Numbered from the stretch's first letter, positions 1 through 13,069 are shown. The stretch is 64,000 nt of DNA from Eledone cirrhosa (GCA_964016885.1 OZ024743.1:167152001-167216000), one strand, 5' to 3'. Program-made: numbers and translations. The notes: generated by a model not told the origin, from the letters alone.

Positions 1-58
1 CCCGTCCAAACCCATGCAAGCGTGGAACATGGACGTTAAACGATGATGATGATGATGA

Positions 59-60
<2 letters not shown>
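1..60 (+). mobile_element. 3' end of an RTE LINE or RTE-tailed SINE with (GAT)n tail
   Basis: ccatgcaagcgtggaacatggacgttaaac followed by (gat)n; reverse complement resembles the RTE terminus at 91-150. Confidence 0.7.
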
Positions 61-90
<30 letters not shown>

Positions 91-92
<2 letters not shown>

Positions 93-1778
93 TCATCATC
101 ATTATCATCATCACCGTTTTACGTCCGTTCTTCCACGCTAGCATGGGTTAGACGGGTTGTCCTGTTGTGTGCAGTGTCTGGTCGGCTGACCATGCCTTGC
201 TCATACAGGAACTGATCTGGCTTGATTTCTACAGCTGGATGCCCTTCCTAACACCAACCTCATTTACAGTGAGTGCTGGGTGCTTTTTCGTGGCGCCTAC
301 ACGTCCACTTTACAGTGTGGGCTGGGTGCTTTTTTGCCATGGCACCTCCACGACCACCTTGCGGTGGGGGTGTGGGGGCATATTGTTTATATGCTTCAGC
401 ATGTACCCATGGAAGGTCGGGTACTCTGTATTACTGCGTGACGCCAGAAGTCACGGTCGTGTGTCATTGTCTTTGAGAGGTGTAATTGGGTAAGGTCGGC
501 TTTTATCACCTCATCCCAGGTCATCTTGGGTCTCCCCACTCTGCGGTTTCCATCAACTTCTCGTGCTCTGCACCTTTTTATGCAGCTGTCATCCTTCATA
601 CGCATCACATGTCCATACCAGCGCAACCGCCTCTCCTGCACACAGCATTTGATTCCTCTTATGCTCAGTCTCTCTCTCAATTCATTTATGCTTTGTCGTT
701 CACGTATATTACTGTTACACATCCATCGGAGCATGCAGGCTTCATTTCTCTCTAATCTATGTAAGTCTTCCTCCTTCAGCGCCCAGGTCTCACTACCATG
801 CAACATCGCTGTTCGGATACACGCATCATACAGTCTGCCTTTCATTCTGAGGGAGAAGCCTTTTGCAGCTAGCAGTGGTAGTAGTTCCCTAAACTTCTTC
901 CATCCCGTTCTTACCCTAGTTATTGTACTTTCTGAACACCCACCTCCGTTGCTAATTCGGTCACCTAGGTAGCAGAAGCTGTCTACTGTTTCTACAGGGC
1001 CCTCCCAGAGATTAGCGGTACTTGTTTCCTGTGGCTGTTTGCTGCTTGCTGTTTCAGCACAGCTGCTGCATGTGAATCCTACATTCTTAATTAAGCTTCC
1101 TGAGATCCCGCTACATCTCTTGTGTACCCATTGTTTGCATTTGGGGCAGAGAATGGAGTTCCTACCTACACCTTTCCTACACACTGAGCAAGGCCATTTC
1201 GCTGAGGGGATCTGGGTTCTGTTTTCTCGTCTACTTACAAGGACCTTAGTCTTTGTCCGGTTGACCCTGAGACCCTTTCTCTCTAGTCCCTGCTTCCAAG
1301 TTTGGAATTTCTTCTCTAGTTCTACCATAGATTCAGCTATAAGTGCGAGGTCATCAGCATACAGGAGTTTCTATGGACATCCGGTCTTAAATTCATCCGT
1401 TATTGCCTGCAGGACTATGATGAACAGGAGAGGGCTAAGAACAGAGCCCTGGTGGACCCCAACCTGTACGCTAAATTCCTCGCTATACTCATTGCTAATC
1501 CTAACTTTGCTGACTGCTCCCCTATACATGGCTTGTACCGCTTTCACAAGCCATTCATCTACTCCTAGTTTTCTAAGAGCCCACCAGATTACAACACGTG
1601 GAACTCTGTCAAAGGCTTTCTCAAGGTCGACAAATGCCAAGTAGAGTGGCTTACTTTTAGCTAGGTACTTTTCCTGTAATTGCCTCACAAGGAAGAGGGC
1701 ATCAGTGGTGCCGCTTCCTGGTACAAACCCAAATTGCATCTCGTCTATTTTCACCCGGTCCCTAATCAGCTGTGCTGC
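91..1778 (-). mobile_element. 5'-truncated RTE-clade LINE (family 1, long 3' UTR), RT frameshifted
   Basis: ORFs 1371-1754 (QFGF, FVDLEKAFD, GVHQGSVLSPLLF) and 396-1328 (RRLRWYGHV, GRPKMTW); YADL motif at about 1347-1361 in the downstream frame; (CAT)n tail 91-113. Confidence 0.92.
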
Positions 1779-2138
1779 ACATATGGGTACATGTATGTGT
1801 ATGTATGTTTATATGTGCATGTGTGTGTATGTGTACATGTATGTGTATGCATGTATGTGCATATATGTGTGTATGTATATGTAAGTATATATGTGTGTGT
1901 GTGTAAATATATGGGTATGTAGGGAGGTAAATATGTGAGTTAGTATGAGGCCTCCTTCACCTCCCCTCCCAAACCAACAGCATACATCTCTCAACAAAAA
2001 TTCAAACACTAACTAAATTTAATCACCTCATTTTTCTGTGCTGTCATCATCTTTTTATCAAAAGACATGTATCTTACAGCTCATTACCCCCCCCCCCCCA
2101 GACACGCACCTAATTTCATCTTTTACTTACATACTTAA

Positions 2139-3506
2139 CCCTTTAGTGTTGAAACCGCCCAAAATCGGCCAAAATTATTTCCCCTTCATTTGTTCAAACC
2201 ACCCGAAAACACCCGTTCTAAAAATAAACAAACCATCATCAAAATCTCGTCAATTCGAGATTGCTGCAAGATTAGGCTCTTACCGCAAAAATTAACACTT
2301 AATATAGTGAAACAACTTAAAACAACGTCTTTTTTTTTAACTTTGAAAGTGCAACAAATTTTTTTTTTGTATCAATAGCTTATGAAAGTAGCGATACTGA
2401 CTTTGAAGGTTTTACACACGACGACATTCAGAATAAACAAGAAGCAAACGATAATATTAGTGATTTATCTTCAAATGTATCAGATGTTTATATTTCTGAA
2501 ATTTCGTCCAACGATGATTGTTTTGAAAGTGAAAACGAAGGAGGTCTCCAGGACGCCATTGAAAATATTACAGCAACATGGTTGAAAAATACCACACTAA
2601 TATATGTTCCCGATTTTATTCAAATTACTGGTCCACAACACACATTAGCTCCCGATGCTAAAGCCCTGGATTATTTCTTTTTGTTTTTATCACAAACTTT
2701 CTTCGAAGTTGTGGCAGAAGAGATTAATCGATATGCCCAACAACAGATTTCAAATCGAGGAAAACCTGATCTGTTTGGTGACTGACAGATGCTGCGGAAA
2801 TGCAAGCATTTTTTACAGTAAATATTATGTTTGGTATAAAACAATTTCCAAGACTGGAATTACTGGAGCACTGATATAAGGTTTAGTGATTCTTATATAT
2901 CAAGTATTATGCCGAAAACAACGTATTTAAAATTAAACCAATATATGGAGGCACATGGCTTAGTGGTTAGAGCATTGGTCTTGCAATCGAAAGGTTGTGA
3001 GTTCAATTCTCAGACCGGGTGATGTGTTGTTTCTTTGAGCAAGACACTTTATTTCACATTGCTCCAGTTTACTCAGCTGTAGAAATGAGATGATAGAGAC
3101 TGGGGTCCCTATCATTCCACTGCAAAGTGGTGGTGCCACGGCAAAAAAGCACCCAGCACTCACTGTAAATAAGGTTGGTGTTAGGAAGGGCATCCAGCTG
3201 TAGAAATCAAGCCAGAATCAGTTCATGTCCCACCCTTGCAAGCAGGGAAAAAGTGGGCGTAAAATGAAATGATGATGAAATGATGATTTGCACCTGGTTG
3301 ATACTTCAAATGCCCGTATTAATTAATTTCACCTGCCCATAAAAGTCAAATTTGACCAAAAAAATCAGGTTAAATTATATAATTATAATAGAAAATTAAG
3401 AAAATTACAAACAAATAAAATTGATAACCCTCTTGAGTATGATTAACTCAAAATAATGCGAACAGATAAGCATGTCATTTGACAAATTAATGTGAATGCT
3501 AAAGGG
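2139..3506 (+). mobile_element. Internally deleted piggyBac element with N-terminal transposase remnant
   Basis: TTAA|CCCTTTAG at 2135-2146 and CTAAAGGG|TTAA at 3499-3510; broken frames read as piggyBac N-terminus (acidic start, ALDYFFLFLSQTFFEVVAEEINRYA, EMQAFF..NIMFG, YW, IMP); no DDD core seen; second copy at 34632-35899. Confidence 0.85.
2947..3288 (+). mobile_element. tRNA-derived SINE with RTE-type tail (family S1), nested in piggyBac
   Basis: A box TGGCTTAGTGG, B box GAGTTCAATTC, 3' part similar to RTE UTR at 215-350, (GAT) tail; absent from the other piggyBac copy; near-identical copy at 12244-12592. Confidence 0.88.
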
Positions 3507-4210
3507 TTAATATACAATTGTTGAAGTTTTTCTTTATAAATTTAAGATAGTTGATTCAGTTATAAGAAAAGAATGTGAAAAACATTTGGCAGTTATATTT
3601 TGTTAGTATTTTATTCATCAAAGGTCATCTTTTGAAATGGAACCATCAGGAGGGCACTTTTACAACCCCTTTCTAAAACACTCTTTACACACCCATTAAC
3701 TTTACCTCCAGGGGACAAATCTGACCATCACATCCCGCTCCCTCACCTTTAACACCTCCCAACTCCACTGTCAATCAATCATCTCACTTTTATTATTTAC
3801 TATTTTCTTTCATCTTTTTGTATATATATTTTTTAGTTCCTTTAAATCTTCATCAGCACTCCTTTACTTCCATTCTCATTGACACCACCCCCAGACACAC
3901 CCAAATCTCATATATTGAGTCACATATTGCAACGCAACCATAGATCAGTTTGACACTTACCACCATGAATGCAAGAAAGTTCTCCCGAAAGTAAACCAGG
4001 ATTTTTAAGAAAAATTTCCCACCGAAGTTAACAAAGGACTTACAAGATCTACATAGCCAAATTGTAAAATTATTAGATTAAATTGTTTAGAGCACCAAAT
4101 ACAAGTGAAGTCATTCTTTCCCTTTTTTCCAATATATATATATATATATATATATAATGAATACTTCAAAACATTCTATCCAACATTCTAACAACTCGCC
4201 AATTCGCCTT

Positions 4211-4257
<47 letters not shown>

Positions 4258-4350
4258 ACACCACACCACACCACCCCACCCCACACCACACCACACCACA
4301 CCACACCACACCACACCACACCACACCACACCACACCACACCACACCACA

Positions 4351-4422
<72 letters not shown>
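4211..4422. repeat. Compound microsatellite (CA)n-(CACCA)n-(CA)n-(CT)n
   Basis: Directly visible. Confidence 0.95.
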
Positions 4423-4427
<5 letters not shown>

Positions 4428-4570
4428 TGGCAGAGTCATTAGAACGTCGGATAGAATGTTTTGTTGTATTTATTCCAGCTCTCTGAGTTCAAATCCTGCT
4501 GAGGTCAACTTTTGCCTTTCATACATTCCAGGTTAATAAAAAAAATACCAGTCAAGTACCGGGGTCAATT
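4423..4570 (+). mobile_element. Degraded tRNA-derived SINE (family S2, Meta-domain-like)
   Basis: ttggcagagtcattaga...tgagttcaaatcctgctgaggtcaacttttgcctttcat; similar to 34698-34887. Confidence 0.6.
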
Positions 4571-4911
4571 CTTCCTCTATATCTCTTTCTCAATTCCATT
4601 CTTTCACTTTCTATCTTTCTCTGGAAGAAATCTGTTGTATTCAGACCTGGAGAAGGATAGGCTCCACCAGGTTTAAAAAGTCCCCAAGAAACGCTGTAAG
4701 TCAATACAGTGCCCCTACGACTCCATCAGGAGTTAAAGGACCATGTCATATATAATATATATGAGAGAGATATATTATACATGTAAAGGGAAGTTTTTAA
4801 ACATACTAACAAAAAGAAACACAAAACTAGAAACTGGTATACATTTCAAGCATACAGATTCCCCACAGTATCTCCTTTTTACATTTCAAACAAAACACTC
4901 ATAGTTCAATT

Positions 4912-7270
4912 ATCATCATCACCGTTTAATGTCTACTTTTTCACACTAGCATAGCTTAGACGAGTTATCTTGTTATGAGCAATGCCATGGTCAGGTGACC
5001 ATGCCTTGCTCATACAGAACTGATTTTGGCTTGATTTCTACAGCTGGATGCCCTTTCTGGTGCCAACCTCATATACAATGAGTACTGGGTGCTTTTTTGT
5101 CGTGACACCTACATGACCACTTTACAGTGTGTGCTGGAGGCTTCACTGGATGTAACTTCAGCTTGTTCTCATGAGAGATGTATGGGACAAGTTGGAGTGG
5201 TGCATATTATATATATGCTTCATGTACGGCCTGTGCTTGCAGGAATTCGGGTCTTCTATATTACTGCGTAACGCCAGAGATTTCGATCCTGTGTCATCAC
5301 CTTTGAGAGATGCAATTGGACAAGATCAACTTTTATCAATTCATCCCATGTCTTCCTTGGTCTCCTCACTCCAAGGCTGCCATTGACTTTGAGCGCTCTG
5401 CACCTCTTTTAATAGAGCCGTCGTCCTTCATACACATCACATATCCATCCAACGCAATCCCCTCTCCTGCACACTGCATCTGATTCCTCTTATGCCTAGT
5501 TTCTCTCTGTTTGCTTATGCTTATTCACGTATATTACTATTACACATCCATCGGAACACGCAAGCTTCATTTCTTTCCAATCTACGCAAGTCTTCTGCAC
5601 ACAACACCTAGGTCTCATTTCTATGTAACATTGCTGTTTGTATGCAGGCATACAGTCTGCTTTTCATTTTTTGGAGGAAAAGTCTTTTGTAGCTAGCAGT
5701 GGTGCCTACTCCTTTCCTACACACTGAGCAAGGCCATTTTCCCAAGGGGATCAGGGCTCTGTTTTTTCTTCTACTTACTAGGACCTGAGTCTTTGTTAGG
5801 TTGACTTCAAGACCCCTGTTTCTAGTCCCTGTTTCTATGTTAGGAATTTCTTCTCTAATTCCACCATAGACTCCGCTATGAGTGTTAGATTATCCGGGTA
5901 TAGGAGTTCCCATGGGCAGCCGGTCTTAAACTCCTCTGTTATAGTCTGCAGTACGATAATAAACAGGAGAGGGCTAAAAACTGAGCCCTGATGGACACCA
6001 GCCTGCATGGTAAATACTTCACTGTAGTCATTAATCCTAACTTTGCTGACTGCTTCCCTAGACATGGCTTGTACAACCTCCACAAGCCACTCATCTACTC
6101 CTAGTTTTCTAAGAGCCCACCAGATTAAGGCATGAGGCACTCTGTCAAAAGCTTTTTCCAGATCAACTAATGCCAGGTAGAGCAGCTTATTTTTAGCTAG
6201 GTACTTTTCCTGCAGCTGCTTCACCATGAAGAGGGCATCTGTTGTGCTTTTGCCTGGCACAAATCCGAACTGCATCTCATCTAGATTTACCCGGGCCCTA
6301 ATCAGCTTTGCTATACGTTTCTCTTACTTTCATAACCTGGTCCATCAGCTTTACACCTTTATAGTTTCCTCTATCTAATACATCTTCTTTACCCTTGTAG
6401 CAGTTGACAATGAAGCTGCTGCGCCAATTATTTGGTATGACACCCTCTAGTATTACCTGGTTAACAATATGTGTGGTTATGGTGCGACCCAGATGTTTTC
6501 AGCACCTCAGCAACTATACTTGATGGGCCGGCTGCTTTCCCAGTCTTTATATCCTTAATTGCCTTACTTACTACATTGCTGCTGACTTGTACGGCTGGGC
6601 CCTCTATAGGGTCTACTTAGGGTAGGGTCTCTTTCTCTCATGTATTCTCCTCATTTAGCAATTTTCATAATGGCTCTTCCACGCAACTTCCTTTTTGGCG
6701 CCTGTGAAGGCAAGTGCTCCATTATCATCTCGGACACACTTCTCACCAATGACATTAAATTTTTTGCCTCGCAGCATTGCTGCTTGTATACACACATCAT
6801 ACAATCTGCTCTTCATTTTGTGGGGTAAAACCTTTTGTAGTTAGCAGTGGTAGTAACTTCCTGAACTTCCCTCCCCCTCATTCAGGCCCCTGTATTTCCC
6901 AAACATCCTCTTTCACTGCTAATTTGGTCACTCAAGTAACTGAAGTTGTCAACTGCTTTACGGAACTGTCCAAGAATTTGATAGAGGTTGTTTCCTGAGA
7001 GCGATTTTTGTTTACTGCTCCTGTCCAATGACCACATGTAAAACCTATGTTCTTAGCTAATTTAACTTGGATCCCACTACATCTTGTGCAATTAGGACAA
7101 GGGATAACATTTCTACACACCCCTTTCCTACACACTCAGCAGGGTCATTTACCTAAGGAAGTTTGGGTTTTGTTTTCCTTACTAGAACTTTGGTCTTTAC
7201 CAAGTTGACTATAAGACATTTTGATTCCAGCTTGTTCTGTCATAATTTCAGCTATGAAAGTCAGATAATG
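4912..7270 (-). mobile_element. Degraded, deleted RTE family-1 copies (at least two fragments)
   Basis: (CAT) tail at about 4912; ORF 5835-6275 with RT motifs (DLEKAFD, GVHQGSVFSP, YPDN for YADD); a second Cys-rich fragment at about 6817-7270. Confidence 0.85.
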
Positions 7271-7274
7271 AAAA

Positions 7275-10200
7275 TCATCATCATCATCATCATATGTCCG
7301 CTTTTCCCTGTTTGCAAGGGTGGGATGGGTCCTATTCAGCACAGCATCTCTCCACTTGCCACGGTCCTTCGTCATCTCCACCGTGAGCTTCAGCGATCTG
7401 CGGTCTGCTCTCACCACCTCCGTCCATGTTTTTCGTGGTCTTGCTCTACCACGTCTTCCTTCAACTGGCATTTCCTGGCACTTCTTCATCCGTCAGTCAT
7501 CCTCCATGCGCATCACAAGTCTATACCGTTGCAGTCTCCTCTCTCGCACACAACAATTTATCCCTCTCTGGCACAGTTTCTCTCTCAACACATTCATGCT
7601 CAGCCATTCACGCATTTTGGCATTGCACATCCAACGGAGCATGCTTGCCTCATTTCTATCCAACCGTTGCATATCCTCTGCAGTTGCTGCTGCCCATGTC
7701 TCACTACCATGCAGCATCGCGCACCTCACACAGGCATCATATAACCGGCCTTTCGTATGCAGGGAGAAACCCTTCTTCGTCAGCAGAGGAAGCATCTCCC
7801 TAAATTTCTTCCAACCCATCCTTATTCTAGATACTATGCCCTCAGTACCCCCCCCCTTTCATGCTAATCTGATCACCTAGGTAACAGAAGCTATCAACCA
7901 CTTCTACAGCACCCACCTGCATTTGAAAAATGTGTCTATCAATGCGACTTCTACTGTCTAATTTCCCTGTACATCTACTGCATATGTATTTCTCCCTACC
8001 TGTTAGTTTGCCTGCTATCCCACTACATCTCTTGTGTACCCAAGATCTGCAATGTGTACATTTTATAGAATTTATGCCAGTTCCTTTTCTGCATATCAAA
8101 CATGGCCATTTCCCTGACGGAATCAGAGTTTTGTCCTCTTTTCTACTCATCAACACTTTTGTCTTAGCTAGGTTCACTCTCAGTCCTCTTGATTCCAACT
8201 GCTGTTTCCATAGTCAGAATTTATTCTCCAGCTCCTCTACTGATTCTGCTATAAGAACCAGATCGTCAGCATAGAGAAGTTCCCATGGACAGCCAGTCTT
8301 AAACTCCTCTGTTATGGCTTGGAGGACTATAATGAACAAGAGCGGGCTGAGGACCGAACCCTGATATACTCCTACTTGTATCTAGAATTCCTCACTTAAC
8401 TCCATTCCTACCCGCACTTTACTGACAGCACCTCTGTACAAAGCTTGCACTGTCATCACAAGCCATTCCTCAACACCTAGCTTCCTTAGAGACCACCAGA
8501 TGACAGATCCGAGTACCCTATCAAAGGCCTTCTCTAGGTCAACAAAAGTTAAATATAGTGGCTTATTCTTCTCTAAGAACCTCTCTTGTAATTCTCTCAC
8601 TAAGAAGAGCGCATCTCTTGTACTTTTCCCAGGCACAAAACCAAACTGCATCTCATCTAGTTTGACTCTTTCTCTAATTAGTTGCGATAATATCCTTTCT
8701 GCCACTTTCATAACCTGATCCATCAGTTTTATGCCCCTATATTTGCTCCTCTCCAGAGCATCCCCTTTAACTTTGTAGCAATTTATTAGAATACCGCTGC
8801 ACCAATCTTTGGGTATGACACCGCCATATATAGCCTGATTGATGATGCATGCAACCAGTTTAGTGCCTACGTCCCCTGATGCCTCCAGCATCTCGGCAAC
8901 TATCCCCGACGGTCCAGCGGCCTTACTATTTTTCATTTCCTTAATCGTCTCTTGGACCCTATATTCGTCAATCTCAATAGCTGGTCCCTCTGTCGGATCT
9001 ACTGAGGGTAATTTCTCTCTCTCCCATTTGTTCTCCACATTCATCAGTCTCTCATAATGACATTTCCAGGCCTCCTTTTTCTGATCATTCGTGACACTAA
9101 GTACACCGGCATCATTCCGGACACACTTATCTCCAACAACATCCTGATTTGCACTGACACACTGCCTTGCAATGCGGAACACCGCACGTCTCTGATCTTC
9201 CCGTCGCAGAACATTGGCAAACCTCCTACTCTCAGCCTCCCTGCGTGCTAAGTACCCTTGACGTCTAGCTTCTCTCTTAGCGGCTGTATATCCTTCTCTA
9301 CTCCCACCCTTTTTCCAAGCCTTCCATTCTAGTCTTTTGTCTCTAATGGCCCTATCTACCGTGCTGTTACACCACCAGGTCTCTCTCTGTCTGGTTGGAG
9401 CCCAGCTCCAACAACAAGTTTCTTCAGTAGCCTGCTGTAAGTTGTCACATACGAAATTCCAGTTATCATCTATGTCATACAATTCTCTAAATCGTCTTTT
9501 TCGTCATACACATCTTGAAGGGCTTTCCTAAATTTGTATTTTAGTGAAAGGTCTTTTAGCTTCCAGACCTTTCTTCTCCACACCTTCCTGTATGTCTCAT
9601 TCCATCTTTTGCTTACTGAAATATCACTAACGACTAACCTCTGCTGTGGGGTATATTCTTCTCCGGGGTATGCCTTGGTATTTGACACCTATCTGTCTGT
9701 ACTGCTGCCTAACAAGCAAGAAGTCAATCTGGCTTATGTGCTCGCCTGATTTGTAGGTTATTAGGTGGTTGGCAGGTTTCTGGAAGTTAGTGTTGCAAAT
9801 GGTTAGTGCACTTGCATCACAAAATTCAAGAAGCCTCACTCCTTCATTTCTTTCGCCGTAACCATGCCCACCATGTACCCCAGTGTAACCATTGAAGTCC
9901 CTTGCTAGCATAACGATGTCTCCATCCTCTGTCATTGTAGCTGTTTGTAAATGTTGCTCGTAAAGGCAGTCTTTCTCTTCTTTACCTAGGCCTGCCTGGG
10001 GAGCATAGGCAGAGATGATTGTCTGTAGTCTCCTGCCTACAACTAATCTAAGCTTAATTATTCTATTACTAACTCGAACTACCTCAATTGTCTTATCGAT
10101 CCATCTCTCAGCCAGGAAAATGCCTACTCCCCCTAACCCATCATCATTACTCATCCAGAAAAGCTTATAACTAAGATGTTTGCCTGCGATTTGTCTCGCA

Positions 10201-10870
10201 AAGGCACCTCTCCATCTCACCTCTTGCACACAGCCTTCTCTCCAGCATCTCCAATTTCTCACCAGATCTACCTGTGAGAGTGCCAATATTAAGTGTTGCA
10301 ACTCTGAGATGTGACATCTTCCTATTATTGTTCCTTTTCCTATAGTGCGATTGCTTGATGATGGTCGGGGGGTTCTCGCACATGGCTGCACCAGCCACCC
10401 CACTACCGTGCGCAGCCCTAACAGGGTTAGTGTTATTGCTGTTGATGCAGTTGTTGCAATTCTCATTTGTTGTGCTCATAGTTTTTGGCAGTAGTATATA
10501 TACTGGTTGGATGCCCTTCCTAACACCAGCACCACTTTACAGCATGGACTGGGTGCTTTTATTCGTGCCACCAACACTAGAGAGGGTGTTTTTCTGGACA
10601 CAGGGGCCCTAAGCACCCCTCCATTTTCACAGCATGAACTGGGTGCTTTTATTTGTGCCACCAGCACTAGGGAAGTTGTCTTTCTGGATTTAGGGGACTT
10701 CTCTACTCCCCACCAATTTATTCGGAGTGGTAGCTCTCCTAGACGGGTTGCCTACATTACGGCTTATGGAGCCTCCGTCCGCCCCTTGTCTGTTCTATGA
10801 TATATTCATGAGGGAGTGGTTTGCATACAGCGTCGGGCATGTATACCAAATGTGGTGGGGTGGGTGGTAA
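7275..10870 (-). mobile_element. Near full-length RTE LINE (family 2): APE endonuclease + RT + Cys-finger, several frameshifts
   Basis: APE motifs (LRVATLNIGTLTG, VQEVRW, SAYAPQ, DFNG, SQIDFLLV) at 9627-10330; RT at 8382-9482 with YADD at about 8261-8272; (CAT)n tail 7275-7293; 5' boundary approximate. Confidence 0.92.
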
Positions 10871-10933
10871 GTGAGAACTGTAATGGCTTATACATACAAT
10901 TTTTAATACAGTTTATAAAGTCACATATATATA

Positions 10934-12239
10934 CAGGGTGCGGACAATATTTGTTCGCAAGATTACTGTCTAGGAAAAAATAACACAGTAGTTTTATTTT
11001 TTAAGATATATTTATCAAACTTGGGTCAGTTTGTCTTCATGACTTGTTCTTTCGATCTCACTTGATAAACCCGCCATTGGCTTTGATGACGACGCAAGGC
11101 GGCCTCGGAACTGGCTACAGGCCTTCGTCACTGTCCCCTGACTTAGGCCCCTAAAAGCACTTGTGATCCTGACCTTCAGATCATCTTTCGTATTGCAGCT
11201 AGATATGTTGGTGTCTCGTTCCACTGCGCCCCACACAAAGAAGTCGAGGGGGTTGCAGTCAGGCGAGCTGGGAGGCCAGATGTCAGGTGAGATGTGGTCG
11301 ATGAAGTTCTCTGACAGCCAGGCTTGGGTCTTTCGGCTGGTATGGCAGGGCGCTGAGTCTTGCTGCCACATGTACGGCTTACCTGCAGCTACCTGGTCGA
11401 TCCAGGGCTTTACTACCTTGCTCAGAATGCGGATGTACCCATCGGTATTCAGCTTGAGGCCCTCAGGGAAGAAGTGAGGTGGCATGATGTCACCTTGACT
11501 GTTGACGACACCTAAGACCAATGTTGTCACTGGAAACTTTGTCTGCATGACTCTGGGCACGTCTTTGGATGAGACAGCGAGCCACCTGTTATTCTGGGAG
11601 TTGATCTTCTGGTCATAGCAGAAGTTTTTCTCGTCGGAGAAAAACCACAGCATGTCTGGCTTCAGTGGGTGTTTCAACTTGTTGATCAGCTTCTTTGCGT
11701 GCTTCAGTCGCTTTTCTTGCATCACCTTTGACAGAAATTGTCCTTTCCTCATCTTGTATGAAACGTAGCGAATATCTTCATGTACCACCAGCCTAATGAG
11801 CTTTTCATCCATGCCTTTCTCCCTTGCAATTGCACGCAGCGACTTGCTAGGTTCATTGTTGATGATATCCTGAACTTCAGCGACGAACTCGGGCGTTCTG
11901 TAGGCGTCAGATCGTCGATCATGTGTTTTCCTCTCTGATGTTGCTTCGTAGTCGAATCCTGAATCTTCCAATTCCTTTCTGACCTTTTCCACCATTCTCT
12001 TGCTGACGCTGAGAAAGTCTGAAATTTCCTTATTTGTCCTCCCAACGCGGATTCCAAGAAGAACTCTGTGTCTCTTCCACAAATTTGGAGGTTCAACATT
12101 ATTCATAATCAATTATTCTGAAAATAAATAATGGAAATATAGTCACTGTTTTTATGAAGACAAGAGTGACAACGGAAGTAAAAAAAATTTGCATAAAATT
12201 AGCAGTTAAAAATTGCGAACAAATATCGTCCACACCCTG
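10934..12239 (-). mobile_element. maT (DD37D) Tc1/mariner-superfamily transposon, full length
   Basis: 27-bp TIRs CAGGGTGYGGACRATATTTGTTCGCAA (25/27 match), TA on both sides, transposase ORF inside. Confidence 0.95.
11015..12112 (-). CDS. DD37D transposase (365-aa ORF; probable 1-nt frameshift near the C-terminus)
   Basis: FSDEKNF...QQDSAPCH...WPPSSPDCNPLD, with 37 residues between the 2nd and 3rd Asp; family-like end VVIKANGGFIK* lies in another frame after about 11095. Confidence 0.9.
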   Translation of the reverse strand: MIMNNVEPPNLWKRHRVLLGIRVGRTNKEISDFLSVSKRMVEKVRKELEDSGFDYEATSERKTHDRRSDAYRTPEFVAEVQDIINNEPSKSLRAIAREKGMDEKLIRLVVHEDIRYVSYKMRKGQFLSKVMQEKRLKHAKKLINKLKHPLKPDMLWFFSDEKNFCYDQKINSQNNRWLAVSSKDVPRVMQTKFPVTTLVLGVVNSQGDIMPPHFFPEGLKLNTDGYIRILSKVVKPWIDQVAAGKPYMWQQDSAPCHTSRKTQAWLSENFIDHISPDIWPPSSPDCNPLDFFVWGAVERDTNISSCNTKDDLKVRITSAFRGLSQGTVTKACSQFRGRLASSSKPMAGLSSEIERTSHEDKLTQV

Positions 12240-12243
12240 TATA

Positions 12244-12592
12244 TCATCATCATTTCATCATCATTTCATTTTACGTCCGCTTTTTCCTTGCTTGCAAGGG
12301 TGGGACAGGAACTGATTTTGGCTTGATTTCTACAGCTGGATGCCCTTCCTAACACCAACCTCATTTACAGTGAGTGCTGGGTGCTTTTTTGCCGTGGCAC
12401 CTCCACGACCACTTTGCAGTGGAATGATATGGACCCCAGTCCCTATCATCTCATTTCTACAGCTGAGTAAACTGGAGCAATGTGAAATAAAGTGTCTTGC
12501 TCAAGGAAACAACACATCACCTGGTCTGAGAATTGAACTCGCAACCTTTCGATTGCAAGGCCAATGCTCTAACCACTAAGCCATGTGCCTCC
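12244..12592 (-). mobile_element. tRNA-derived SINE, family S1
   Basis: Reverse complement near-identical to 2947-3288. Confidence 0.9.
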
Positions 12593-12828
12593 ACCATATA
12601 TATATATACCAGCCTCTACAAATTCAACACCAACTTGGAGATACAAACATGAACACCCATCTTTATGAAGAAATAATGTGCAGAAACAACGGAAACATAT
12701 ATATATACAATCCCCTTACAAAGCTTTCACAATTGTACAAGCTGTTACACATACAAATTCAACACAATTTTGGAGATATAAAAAAATGAACACTTATCTT
12801 TACAAAGTTTACACATTTATTGTGTTTG

Positions 12829-12870
<42 letters not shown>

Positions 12871-12993
12871 AAAGTTCTATTTAAAATTGTTGGGATACAA
12901 CAAGTAAATATTTTTATAACTGATATAAAGCACTCGACAAGTATTTGGAGTAGATATACGATATTAATAAATGGAAACTATATTTATAAAACC

Positions 12994-13069
12994 ATATTTA
13001 TTTCATTATACATATTTCAGGGATACCAAATTAAATCATGGTATGCCTTCATCAGACAAAATACAATAT
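12994..13069 (-). ncRNA. Type-I hammerhead ribozyme (left-arm copy)
   Basis: Reverse complement of 14511-14586. Confidence 0.8.

Noticed and set aside
2947-3020. tRNA gene
   Set aside because: tRNA-like head continues into a SINE body and tail and occurs in two copies
4111-4486. VC/HT-rich ORFs
   Set aside because: Microsatellite translations
4625-4700. Possible upstream calpain exon (cag...gtaagt)
   Set aside because: No recognisable calpain peptide seen
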